Assembly: GCA_964270895.1 (NCBI GenBank)
Contig: OZ185439.1
Origin: Podarcis filfolensis
Lineage: Eukaryota
DNA length: 64,000 nt
Reading direction: 5' to 3' (one strand)
Under the pieces are notes generated by a model. It was not told where the DNA came from. It made no database searches and saw nothing but the letters and a program-made list of their open reading frames with translations. Every line of letters starts with the position of its first letter. Positions within the stretch are counted from its first letter, which is position 1. The position numbers were made by a program, and so were the translations under genes. Below, piece by piece: positions 12,617 to 24,565 of this stretch.

Positions 12617-12978
12617 CTTCTCTACACCAATGTATGTGCTTCTGGAAGAGGTAAACTCTACTAGTTCCTGTAATATGACTCTGGAGACTGCACAACTCAG
12701 AAAGCAGCCCTGGATGAATTATTACAATGACCTTACAATTACAGTGACTATTACAATGTAATTAAATCCTTTTCCCCCACCCCCAAGTGGTAGGGAGCAC
12801 CACATAGATGAAAATAAGTCCCAGGCTGCAAGTGTAAAGATACCTTCACTGGCTCTGCCTTCAGTGTATCAATATCAAGCCCACTGTGGACTCACGCTAG
12901 CCGAAAGCCTGTCATTCCTTGTTCCCTTTCTGAGTCTTAATTCTGAAAACTTCCCAAGGGCAGTCCAAAAGCCTGCAG

Positions 12979-13116
12979 CTGGTGTGCAGAATCTTTGGCC
13001 CTCCAGCTGTTGCTGAACTGCAACTCTCATCATCCCTGGCCATCGGCCATGCTTGCTTGGGCTGATGGGAGTTGTGGTTTAGCCACAGCTGGAGGACCAA
13101 AGGTCCCCCACACCTG
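12979..13116. mobile_element. Palindromic hAT-type MITE (138 bp fold-back)
   Basis: Arms CTTTGGCCCTCCAGCTGTTGCTGAACTGCAACTCTCATCA / TGATGGGAGTTGTGGTTTAGCCACAGCTGGAGGACCAAAG; end CCCCACACCTG; decayed 8-bp flanks GCCTGCAG / GCCTATGG. Confidence 0.78.
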
Positions 13117-13780
13117 GCCTATGGATTCTTATCAGCCACCAGAGGTAGAGCTTATAGTTTCCAGGCTCCTACCACCAATGTGAGGCCCCTGAATTGCCGA
13201 GTTATTAACTTCCTGGTGAGTACCAGGATGGCATTGGGGCATTTGTTTCATTTCTGATACATTTTGGATAGAGGGAAAGGAGTTGGACCTGTCCTCAGTG
13301 CACACTCATGCGCTGACCATGTTTCCAGCAGGCTGTGCTCAAAATCTCACAGCTCTGCTCCGTACGTAACCATGAATTCCAGAATCTAAACCAGCCTTGG
13401 TGGTTCTTGAAATGTGTGTAAATGTTATGGTTGTTTAAAAATGCAGTAGATGGTAAATATTTAAACGTGAAGTGTCCCTGGTTCCCCAAAGTGTGTAGAA
13501 ACTGGTAGCTGAAAGCAGTTCTGCCTCCCTAAACTCGGCAATATGTAGATAAGCAAAAGAGACATGTGTGTTCTGGAGGCAGCGGGAGAATTGAGGTTGG
13601 CCCTGAAGACAGGCCTCATTAGAATATTATTTTCGAAGTGACAATATATATGCATGTCTGAAATGGGATGTGAGCATTGGGGGAAAGGTATTGTGTGCCA
13701 TGTTTTCACTGCAGGGTATTGTAGCAGCTTCGTGAAATGCCTACCAGAATATTTTGATCATTCTTCCACGATCAGTTATG

Positions 13781-14024
13781 GTCAGCAAACTTTTTCAGCA
13801 GGAGGCCGGTCCACTGTCCCTCAGACCTTGGGGGGGTGGACTATATTTTTGGGGGGAGGGGAAGAATGAATTCCTATGCCCCACAAATAACCCAATTTGC
13901 ATTTTAAATAAAAGCACACATTCTACTCATGTAAAAACACGCTGATTCCCAGACTGTCAGCGGGCCGGATTTAGAAGGCGATTGGGCCAGATCCGGCCCC
14001 CAGGCCTTAGTTTGCCTACCCATG
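13781..14024. mobile_element. Second copy of the 250-bp hAT MITE, inverted relative to 1091-1340
   Basis: Reverse-complement match along its whole length; flanks AGTTATG / AGTTATGC; first few TIR bases missing at the left end. Confidence 0.85.
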
Positions 14025-15820
14025 AGTTATGCTATATAGAGTTACACAATGGTAATTGGAGGTAGGATGGTATACTCCAGCTTTGTGGAAAAAAATAACC
14101 TTGCTTATGTATATCATCTGGACAAAGGCATGAAAGGAAAAAAGTAATAATTTATTATTGCTTTGTTAATTGCCTTCTATGCAATCATCTCAAGGCGATG
14201 TACAGTAGTAAAAAAAGACATGACCCAGCCACCTTCAAATGTCACACAATGGAACTGAGTGGCACAACCCTATGACCCTGGGAAGGCATCCCAGGAGTCA
14301 TGGACTGGATCTCCTCTCTGGCAGTGCTCTGAAGTGAGATCTGGTGTCAGATCCCCCATCCCTGATGCCACTGAAGCCATGGCCTAACTGATGTTGGTGT
14401 TTTCATGGTTCAACTTTGATGTGACTGGAGCCAACTTGCTACTTTGGATAAGCAAGATGCAAGTTTAAATGGAGGTGCCTATTCTGAATTGGTTTGGACG
14501 TGTTTGTCTTTATCGCTAAGTACAGTATTAATATTGCTGTGCTTTTGTGAATGTATCTGCATGGTCAGAAGTTTGAGGATTTTAGTCCCTGTTGCCTGTA
14601 CAACCTGGGAAGGGGAGCTGCGTTTGCTCTTTCCCCGCCATCTGAGCCACCTTCACACCATCCTCATGGATAGTCTGGGCCTTCCTCCATTCCTGCCCTT
14701 TTGGTCTATTGCAGATATTATATGACCCTTACGGATAAAGACCATGTCGTACACACCGTTCAGTACAATACTCAGGGCACCACTGATAAATGTATAAAAG
14801 TAGTTATAGTTAACGACTGTGACAATTGCTCCCTGGGGCTATTCCACCGCTCGCTTCTGCTTTGCTGTGCTGGAGCAAAGGTGACTGCAGGCTTTGACTA
14901 CATGCAATGCTGTTGAATTTAATGGTGCATTTCCTATTAAAAATCTTATACAGGAGATTGGCCTGGATGGCCATTAATTGCAGTGTGTGGTGGGGTGAGG
15001 GGGCAGCTGGAGCCCAGAGCAAACTGCAATCTCTGGCAGCAAAAAGAAGGAAAACTGCGAGAGATTGATTGCAGCACAAAGGCCAGAGAGCCTAATTCTT
15101 TCCTCGTCCCCATCCGCTATCACCCCCCCTTTTCTTCAGTCTCACTCTGCCTCAAATCTGGCAGGCAGCACAGGGCAAGACTATTCCAATATTGACTTTG
15201 AAGTGTGAATTTCAAACCCTCCTGGCCTTTTTATTATCTCGCCTGGGCCTGACAAGGAGAGCGAAGAAGTGCCGAGAGATGAAACAGCTTAGCTTTTCAA
15301 AGGCTGCCACTTCCAGGTTCACTTCCACAGCCCTATCACTTTGCAGGCAATTACACTGCATTCTTTCTCAGCACTGATTCTCTGTTCCCTGCTGAAAAGC
15401 CAGGCTAGAAGGGTAATAAGGAGGGGGTACTTCTCCTACCTCCCACTCCCCCACCAACCTCACTGATGCTTCTGCCTTGCTTCCCTCAGTGCAGCTTTCT
15501 GCTACAAAACTTTGGAACTAGAGTGGTCAAAAGCATCGCCACATGTGCGTATATTGCCTGTTTGCATGTCTGAACTATGAGGTGAGTGATAACCCAAGAG
15601 GTCCTTTTGTGTACCAGACAACAGTAAACCTGCAGTGGTTTCATGTGGCACCTCTGTCTTGCTAGGCTAAAAGACAACCGCCTGTGCTCTCTGAGGTGCA
15701 CTCACAGCTCCTTCCTTGCTGTGCCTCAGAGAATAGTCATGCAGTGCTTGAGGCCAGGAATCAAACTCCAAGCAGTTCTCTGTGTTTGCTTAGCTCACTG
15801 GGCTGTGTCAGGGCTACAAC

Positions 15821-15823
<3 letters not shown>

Positions 15824-15853
<30 letters not shown>
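15824..15853. repeat. (TG)n microsatellite
   Basis: About 15 TG units. Confidence 0.9.
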
Positions 15854-15855
<2 letters not shown>

Positions 15856-18800
15856 TGTGGTAGCGTTTCGAGCTGATCACTTTCTGTCCCTTGATGAATC
15901 TCCAACCCTAATAAATGGCTGCAAGAAGGCAGATGGGGCCCTGCTTCCTGTCTGAGAAGAGAGATGTATGAAGATTGCTCACCCAGCCAAAAAGACACGC
16001 TTTCCTTGCCGCAGTGTCAGTGGACAAGGGGCTAGTTTGCTGAGCCTGCCGTATCTAACGCAGTGTCAGAAATGCCTTGAGATCCTTGCAATATTTAATT
16101 AGCATACAGCTCTCTGAGCGCCAGGCAGGAAATGTGTTTGCTAATTAGACATTGTTGATTTCATACCCAGGAACATAATGAATGCCTGGCGGGTGCCCAA
16201 AGCAGAATCCCTTCCTCATTTCTATGCATGTATTCCACTTCCTACCAGCTGGGTCTTGCATGTCTGTGGGGCTGGTGTGTATTCACACTGGGCGCCTTAT
16301 AGCAGCATCTTATGGTGATGCGAGAACACCAAGTATTCCTAGGTTGTGACGTGGAACTTCCCTTCTTTTCACCCAAAGTGGACATTAAGAAATGAACTTT
16401 TAATGAGAGAGAATTAAAGTGGCAAAAGTGTACAATACACACACATCAATATTTAAAGGAGTTAAAAGAAATGAGAAATTTTGCCTATGAATCAGGGCAT
16501 CTCTCCAGTTACAACATCAGCTTCTTCTGTGAAGGAGTGAGTGATCTATAAAGACAACTCAACTAAAACTACAAGTTCCAGACTTCCTTTGATAAAATGA
16601 TAACTTACACCAGTTTGGTTGACGTAGAGGTGTGTGTGTGTGTCCTTAGTCTTTTTGTTTTCACATTGCACACCCACACACATTTTCACACCTTATGTGC
16701 ATTGGCTGTAGGGTGCTGGAATCATGAACCTATAGTCCTCCAGATATAGTTTCACCATAATCCCTGAACCCTGGTCATGCTGGCTGGGGCTGATGGGAAT
16801 TGGGAATTCCACAGCTACTGAATGCCCACAGAATGGCCTATCCCTGATCTGAGGCCCGTTTCAAACAAAAATGTTTGTCTACATTGAAAGCGCACGTTGC
16901 ATGTACCCTAAGAACATACCACAGATCTATTTAATCCAGCATTCTGCTCCACTGCTACTGCCTTGACATTCTTGTTGATTTCTTATGGCAATTATATGCA
17001 AGTTGCTTTGGTGAGGAAAAATATAAATAAATAAATTTCCACAGCGACCAGCTAGATGCCTCTAGGAAGCCACAAACAACATGTGAGGGCAACAGTCTAC
17101 ATTGCTCTTCCCTCCCTGCCACTGATACTCACTGACTTGTTGCCTCTTATTGCCACATATATGCAGTCGTCACATGTCTTTACAAGGGTTGCATTCTTTT
17201 TCCTAGATGGAAGTGCTGTTGGTGCTGAAATCATTTCATGTTTGAAGCAGTCCTAGCCCCCCACCCCCCGAGTGTTGGATTCATCAGAGTCCTTCAGATA
17301 TTTAGATCATATCTGTGCTGCAGATGACCTTTCTTCTGTGTCATGGGTTTGCATTGCTTGCCATATATTTGTTAGCTGCCTGTCTGCTTTTTCCATTGCT
17401 CCCATGTTGAATGCAGAGTTCTTCTTTACTTCCATGCCTGTTGGGATGTTTGATATCCCAACAGGCATGGAACAGAATACAGAGTACAGAATAGAGATGT
17501 CCTCTATTAGTTCCTGTGGTGTCTTGCACACATGGGGAACTGGGCAGCCCCTGTTGAAGCAACCACTAAATGTGACTATGAAATGGGCTCATCTAGCTTT
17601 CCTGGTCTTTTCCTGCTGCTCTTCACTGGAGCTACTTGTAGAATGATTATTGCAAAGGAATAAGAAGGGATCAGGAGCAGTTTTTGTGACATGAGCAAGG
17701 CATTTTTTTGTGGTTATTGTAGCTCAGGAAATGTCCAAAGTGATGTGTGTCTCATAGCAAGCCGTAGTGGGGAAAGCAGAGTAAGGGCTTACATGGAAGT
17801 GTTTTGATCATTGTTTGGTTAACTAAAGGCTGGTCGCTGTCTGGCTGTCTGGGTGGCAGAGACCCGGGCACTGACTGGACATGCTAATACCAAGGTCTGA
17901 ACTGCTGCCACCTAGCCTATGACTGGAGGCTATGATACTAGTCTCAAAGAAATGATGCTGTGCCTGCCAACTGCTGTCTGCTTGGCAGGAGATGCAATGC
18001 CAGCTCTTATTCAAATGCCTAGTGCCAGTTCCTTGGGATGCTGGTAACATGCGCTACAATTATTTGGAGAAAGACATGGCTGGCCTCCTCTCTTTCTAGG
18101 AAGCCATTCATGTTCCACGTGACTGCATTTGGGAAGCTGTAGTTTTTGAGCAGCAGTTGGGAAGGAGTGCTTAATTTTTCCACTAAAAATTTCCTTCCCT
18201 TAGCTTCCTTTTCCCCCCGTAGAGTTTCCAGATCATGAAAGCTGCCAAGCAGAGAAGAATATAAGCACCCTGATGCCTTTGCTCAAAATTGCTGCTGTGC
18301 ATTTAATAAAGCAGTTGTTATGTGCATTTGCATGTAATGTATAATTTGCCCTTTTGTTAGTACAGGAACTGGCTGACAGCCTAGTTGTGAAAGTAGAGAG
18401 TTGGTCCTGATGCGCTTGTGTCCTCTTCATCTTTTATTGTCCCCATTTCTTTACGTACCTGGGATGATAATAGAGAAGGAAGGAACTTTGGGAGATGTTT
18501 ATAGTGAAGGAAGGAACTCTTGTGTCCAACTGTCCAATTGCTCCTGTCCTCTGACACTCACTCCAGAACAGTCCCTCAGGACTCTGAAGACGAGAAACAC
18601 ATGAAGAATAAAGGCATTGTAGGAGACACTTTCTGCAGGAGGACACGCTTTTGTTTCTTTTGATACCTGACCTCTTAACACTGATTTCAGAAGTTCTAAG
18701 CACTGTCCCCTGCAATCCCTCTCTGCACCCAAGCAATTACCTAGACACTTATCCCATGTGTGTGTGTGTGTGTGTGTAAGTGTGGTTGATTTGGCACACA

Positions 18801-19221
18801 TTTTCTCCGAGCAGGTTTTTGCACCCAGGGCCCCACCATTCAGAAATCTCATTCCTCACTTTCATCTTGGCTGTGGGAAGGCAGGGAGCCGATAATGAGG
18901 AAGGAGTATAAATGTCAACAGAAAACCAGCTTCAGTCAAAACTGATAAAAATAAACCCACCAGGCTTTCATTTCTCAGGATATTCATTCTGAGAAGGTGT
19001 CTCTTCCATTGGGTCCTAGAGATTCTCAGTGCAATCTCTGGTTTTTGTGCAAATGAAGACTTTCTTTTAAAAAAAATTGAGCTGACTTCCATTGGTGGGA
19101 ATGCAGAAGGTGAATAGAGTCGTTCCTTAAACTGTATGATATGCATAGATTGTGTGCTAATCAGAAACTCATCACATGTAAAACATTTGTCTAGAGTGTT
19201 TTAATCAGAGGTGGGATATTC

Positions 19222-20231
19222 TCTTGGGCCCGGTCTTATTTCTTGGGCCCGGTCTTATTCTTGGGCCCGGTCTTATTTCTTGGGCCCGGTCTTATTCAAC
19301 ATCTTTATCAACGACTTGGATGATGGACTCAAGGGCATCCTGATCAAATTTGCAGATGACACCAAACTGGGAGGGGTGGCTAACACCCCAGAGGACAGGA
19401 TCACACTTCAAAATGACCTTGACAGATTAGAGAACTGGGCCAAAACAAACAAGATGAATTTTAACAGGGAGAAATGTAAAGTATTGCACTTGGGCAAAAA
19501 AAATGAGAGGCACAAATACAAGGTGGGTGACACCTGGCTTGAGAGCAGTACATGTGAAAAGGATCTAGGAGTCTTGGTTGACCATAAACTTGACATGAGC
19601 CAACAGTGTGACGCGGCAGCTAAAAAAGCCAATGCAATTCTGGGCTGCATCAATAGGAGTATAGCATCTAGATCAAGGGAAGTAATAGTGCCACTGTATT
19701 CTGCTCTGGTCAGACCTCACCTGGAGTACTGTGTCCAGTTCTGGGCACCACAGTTCAAGAAGGACACTGACAAACTGGAACGTGTCCAGAGGAGGGCAAC
19801 CAAAATGGTCAAAGGCCTGGAAACGATGCCTTATGAGGAACGGCTAAGGGAGCTGGGCATGTTTAGCCTGGAGAAGAGGAGGTTAAGGGGTGATATGATA
19901 GCCATGTTCAAATATATAAAAGGATGTCACATAGAGGAGGGAGAAAGGTTGTTTTCTGCTGCTCCAGAGAAGCGGACACGGAGCAATGGATCCAAACTAC
20001 AAGAAAGAAGATTCCACCTAAACATTAGGAAGAACTTCCTGACAGTAAGAGCTGTTCGACAGTGGAATTTGCTGCCAAGGAGTGTGGTGGAGTCTCCTTC
20101 TTTGGAGGTCTTTAAGCAGAGGCTTGACAACCATATGTCAGGAGTGCTCTGATGGTGTTTCCTGCTTGGCAGGGGGTTGGACTCGATGGCCCTTGTGGTC
20201 TCTTCCAACTCTATGATTCTATGATTTTATG
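19222..20231 (+). mobile_element. CR1 LINE, 5'-truncated, young; ORF2 C-terminal part (reverse transcriptase) plus 3' UTR and (ATTCTATG)n tail
   Basis: Uninterrupted frame [16 protein letters not shown]...[10 protein letters not shown]...[11 protein letters not shown]...[12 protein letters not shown] (stop ends at 20152), typical of CR1 ORF2; 3' end ...TCCAACTCTATGATTCTATGATTTTATG. Confidence 0.96.
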
Positions 20232-20563
20232 AGTAAAGCAATGGAGGTTACCATTTTAATAGCAAGGCTTCTCTTTCACATTTATAGTGCATTTCAGTTC
20301 TCTCTCTTTAAAGTGTCACTGTCCCAACCATTGTATGATGTGAGGGTTCATAAAAGGAACTTTCCCCGCAAGGTGAAGGAGGACAAAGTTATCTGATGCA
20401 GGTCTTCTTGTTCTCAGGTTACATTGTCAGGTTGCTGCACACCATACAGCTGATTCAGGCTACAAATAGAGCTACCCACCAATCTTTGTTGTTGCTGATA
20501 AGAAACTGTATTGTGTTGCATCCTGCACTCAATTCCCCCCACCCTACAACGCCCTGCATCTGT

Positions 20564-20591
<28 letters not shown>
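20564..20591. repeat. (CA)n microsatellite
   Basis: CA tract read directly. Confidence 0.9.
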
Positions 20592-20594
<3 letters not shown>

Positions 20595-23500
20595 CTGGCA
20601 ATGTCCGAAAGCCACAAATTCCTAATTATAACACCCATTAACTCTCCCTCCCCACCTTCCTAGCCAAATTTAAATTCTGCTTTCATGACGTTGAGAAACC
20701 TGATTCCACTGACCCAGCCATCCCACAGGCCCCACTTATTTCCTACTTGGGTGTACTTGAAAATGCACTTGTCGTCTACAGCCTTAACAATTCAGTAGTT
20801 TGAAAAGGAGGCATTTTCAAACGCAGGGCCATCGTATACATGAGAATTTAAACATGTTCAAAATTTCTCATGTTTAAATTATGTGACTAAATTAGCAATT
20901 TATGGACAGAATTCACAGTTTCTAAACTCATTTGTACAAAATATGCATTCTGGTAATTTTTATTAATGCCCTGAAAAACCCTGAGCTTTGTGCTCAGTCC
21001 GTAATAACATATTGTAAGATAAGAATGACATAGGCTTGCAGTGAAAGATATTGTGGTCTTCTGTTGCTGTGTGATCTGATGTTGCAAGTGTAGTCACAGA
21101 ATTGCATGAGTGGGACCTGTATCCTGCTCCTCCTGTTCACTCTTCCAGCCAGCCAGCCAGGGCCACAATAACCCAATCCATTCCCCCTCCCACCCAGTTT
21201 CCCACCCTCCATTTCACCTGCTTAATAGAAAGTCAGCATTCTGTGGTTACTGTGCACTCTCATTACTTATTGCGCTTTTGTGGGGGAAGGATTCCCCCCA
21301 CCACAGGGTTTTTTCCTTGAAGATATTGGGGGGGGGGTACTTTTGCAAACCATAGGATTCAGCCAAACCTGTATAACACACTGAATAGATTATAAAGTGA
21401 GTGTTGCAGGCCTGTGCCTCTCCGCCTCTTAGTGGGCTGACTGCAGAATCCCAGTACAAACAGGACTCAATTCTCAGCTTGGCTTAGCTTTATCTTCACC
21501 TTTCTCAGATCTGCACAGGTGAGAATGCCCACTTCACACTTATTAGTGAAGTAAAGCCATCGCAGTGGGAGTAAAATGAACTCTGAGCACAACACCATCC
21601 CTGAAAAGCCCCCTGTGGGAACTAGCACCAGCGCGGAAGAAAGAGACCATAGCTTTCTCATTTTCACCTTGGATGAGTGTCTATAAAAATAAGGAGCTCC
21701 ATGCTGACAGGGATATGCCTAGTGCCAGCTATCCTATCCGGCTGGAAGAAGAGACAATGATGAAACTTATTATGCATAACCACAGAGTGCAAAGTTATTT
21801 GGTCTTCTTGAGACACAGTGCCTCCTGGAGTCCTTTCTGGAGCAGTGCAGGTTATCACTTCCCCTTTGATGGCGAAGGTCAGGCAAATGAGGATTGTTAG
21901 GTGCAAAGCCTTCCAAGCCTAAGGCATGATCCATAGCACTGAATCTAGGGGTGCTTCCAGATGGGAGCCTTCTATCAAAAGTGGGTGGTTCAGATTCCAT
22001 TTGTGCATGTTAGGCACTGTAGCTTCCACACATTCCTCTTTTTGTCTCAAAGTCATGGATAGCAATTGATATTCTGCTGTTGCTGTCTATACCAGTGGGT
22101 GGTGCTTCATGGGGTATATCTGGGCTCTTGTGCGTTTTTGTCCCTCTCCTCCATTACTCCACCACACCCTCTACAGATTTCTGTTTTGGGCATTCATATA
22201 GGTATTTCTGAATCTGTGCATTGTCCCTTAGGAAAAAAAAAATCTGCAGGAAGTGTACAAGAGCCCAACAGCCAAAAGTTTAGTTACCACGTTTCACAAT
22301 GGGCAAAATGAAGTGAGGGAGGGCAATATCAATTTTCCTGTGTTTGTTTATTAATTTTTAATACTGCGGTCTTATGCAAGAGTGAAAATTACCTGACTAA
22401 AGCTTGCACAAGACTGACAAAGGGGGATTGTTGCGAAAGACTTATCATCGTCATCATTATTATTATTGAAAGCCGAATGTATGTACTGCCATTCTAGCCT
22501 CCAAGGTACCAATTCCCCACATGTACTGTGTGGGGATCATGAGAGAATGCCTCCTCTAACTGGGTTGTTAACATTCAAGAATGCTTTCAGCATGCAGCAA
22601 CTGATGGAAATATCATTTGGGCCACCAGAAACAAAATGACTATTCTGTTCAGGTGAAGAGCAGATGGAAGTAAGGGGGTGTAGTGCTAAAGTCTGCTTAC
22701 GAAAACAGCACCATTAATGTGACAAACTGTCCACCTAAACAACAACAAACACATGAATGAGCTTACACACCAGTGAATAGCCTGCTGGATCAGACCAATA
22801 GTCTATCCAATCCAGGAGCCTTTTCTTACAGTGACCAGCCAGATGCCAAAGGGAAGCTCAAAACAGGACTTTCCCCACTTGCGATTCCCAGCAGCCGCCA
22901 GCAACAATGATGGAAGATATAGAACAGGTTATTTTTTTACTTGTAGGATTTTATGTGATAAGGGGAAATCTAGATTAAGTGTAAAAAAATAATGTATGAT
23001 TTGGTATTTTAATGATTACAGCTTTATGTGGACATCACACAAAAAAGACTTGTATGCATGACAGTACCCATTTCACAATAGACTCCTGTCTGGAAGCACC
23101 CTGTATTGCCAAACAGGCTTCACTACAACAAGCGATCTGCTTATCTCCAATGGGAGGTGCTGTGTTCACCTCTCCTGCACCAGAAATGGATAGACAGAAA
23201 CACATGGATGGATTGAGATATGTAGAAAGTCATTTACGCCCAAACAAAGAGAGTGAGAGAGATCTTGATATCCATGACGACTCAGAACCATAATTAAATG
23301 GCTGTTCCCAAGATATTTAGATAAGGGGGTAATTAGTTAATTAGCAACAACACCAATCAGAGGCAGAAAGCACAGCAACTCTGGGAATCACCCGCCCCCT
23401 TTTTCCCATAGTGAGCACTTCCCAAAGTGGAAGCCTTTTTCAGTCCCTTGGTGGTGGTGGTCCACCTAGGACTTGGTTGTGCCAAGTGACCACCAAGCGC

Positions 23501-24354
23501 TGGGCTTTGGAGCCGCATTGTCTGGGGTCCCAACAGGAGCGTGTCCTTCAAAAAACCTTATTCCAAGTAGATCTTCATGATCAGAAGAATACAATTTACT
23601 GTGATGGTGGTGCGGAAGAGAAGGCAACAGTTCTATGAATCTGTCTCCAGAGTCATATTTCCCTTGTCGTTCAAGCTAACCTTGCATCACGTGAGCAAGA
23701 TGAAACCATTCCCTGGTAAACCATATTTCTTTTAATAAGACACCTTTTAAGATATTTGACAGTGCCTCTTGTCCCCATCACTTCCGTAAGCTAAATGTGG
23801 TTGGTCCTATTTCCCCTTTATATGTTGTGCATTCTGTAAACCCTTGATTTGCCCTTGTTTCTTTAGTACGAATCCTTTCCAGTTTGTTTGTATCTTTATA
23901 ATGTGGTGGCCAGAAGTGGGTAAAAAAACCCCACAAAAAAACAATTGAGTCAGCAGCTGTGGCCGCTTGGCAGTGGGAGCCAAATTGTCACAGCGCAGTG
24001 CAAGCTGCTGGGGCTGCAGAGTCAGGGGCGTAATGAGATCTTAATAGTGCAATTACAGCCCATTGATTTACTCAGCACATAATTGGCAGTGGCAGCAGCT
24101 GCCCAGTAATGGATGGCTGTGATTATTGGCAGTGAGGAGTCAGGAAAGACAGCGCTGAATTTTTGAGGGGCCATGGCTCAAGCGCATGCTTTGCATACAG
24201 AAGGTCCTGAACACAGAATCCGCCAAAGGATTTCAGGAAGCAGGCTGGGAACGACCTCTTTCTGAGATCCTGAAGAGCGCTGTTGGCCAAGAGTATGAAA
24301 TGCTGAGCTAGGCAGACCAATGGTCTGACTCAGGATAAGGCTGTTTCATATGTG

Positions 24355-24565
24355 CCCGTGTGGTGTAGTAGTTCGAGTGTTGGACTAGGACCTGGGAGGC
24401 CAGGGTTCAAACCCCCAGTCCCCATGAAACTCTTTGGGTAACCTTGGAGTATTCACAGTATCTTAGGCAGCCCACCTCGCAGGACTGTTGTGAGGGTAAA
24501 TTGGGGAGGAAGAAACCATGTACACCACCTTCAGCTCCTTAGAGGAAAGTGGGGTGTAAATGCAA
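24355..24565 (+). mobile_element. Older tRNA-derived CORE/MIR-like SINE
   Basis: TGGTGTAGTAG box A, GGTTCAAACCCC box B, GGGTAACCTTGG core, GTTGTGAGGGTAAA motif, tail AAAGTGGGGTGTAAAT. Confidence 0.65.

Noticed and set aside
19211-19277. N-terminal extension ([16 protein letters not shown]...) of the 313-aa CR1 ORF
   Set aside because: An artefact of a GTG start in the flank plus the tandem repeats; the element is 5'-truncated and cannot encode a full ORF2.
19222-19296. CRISPR-like direct repeat array
   Set aside because: Vertebrate DNA; the repeats are head to tail with no spacers and no cas genes; the unit is CR1 coding sequence.
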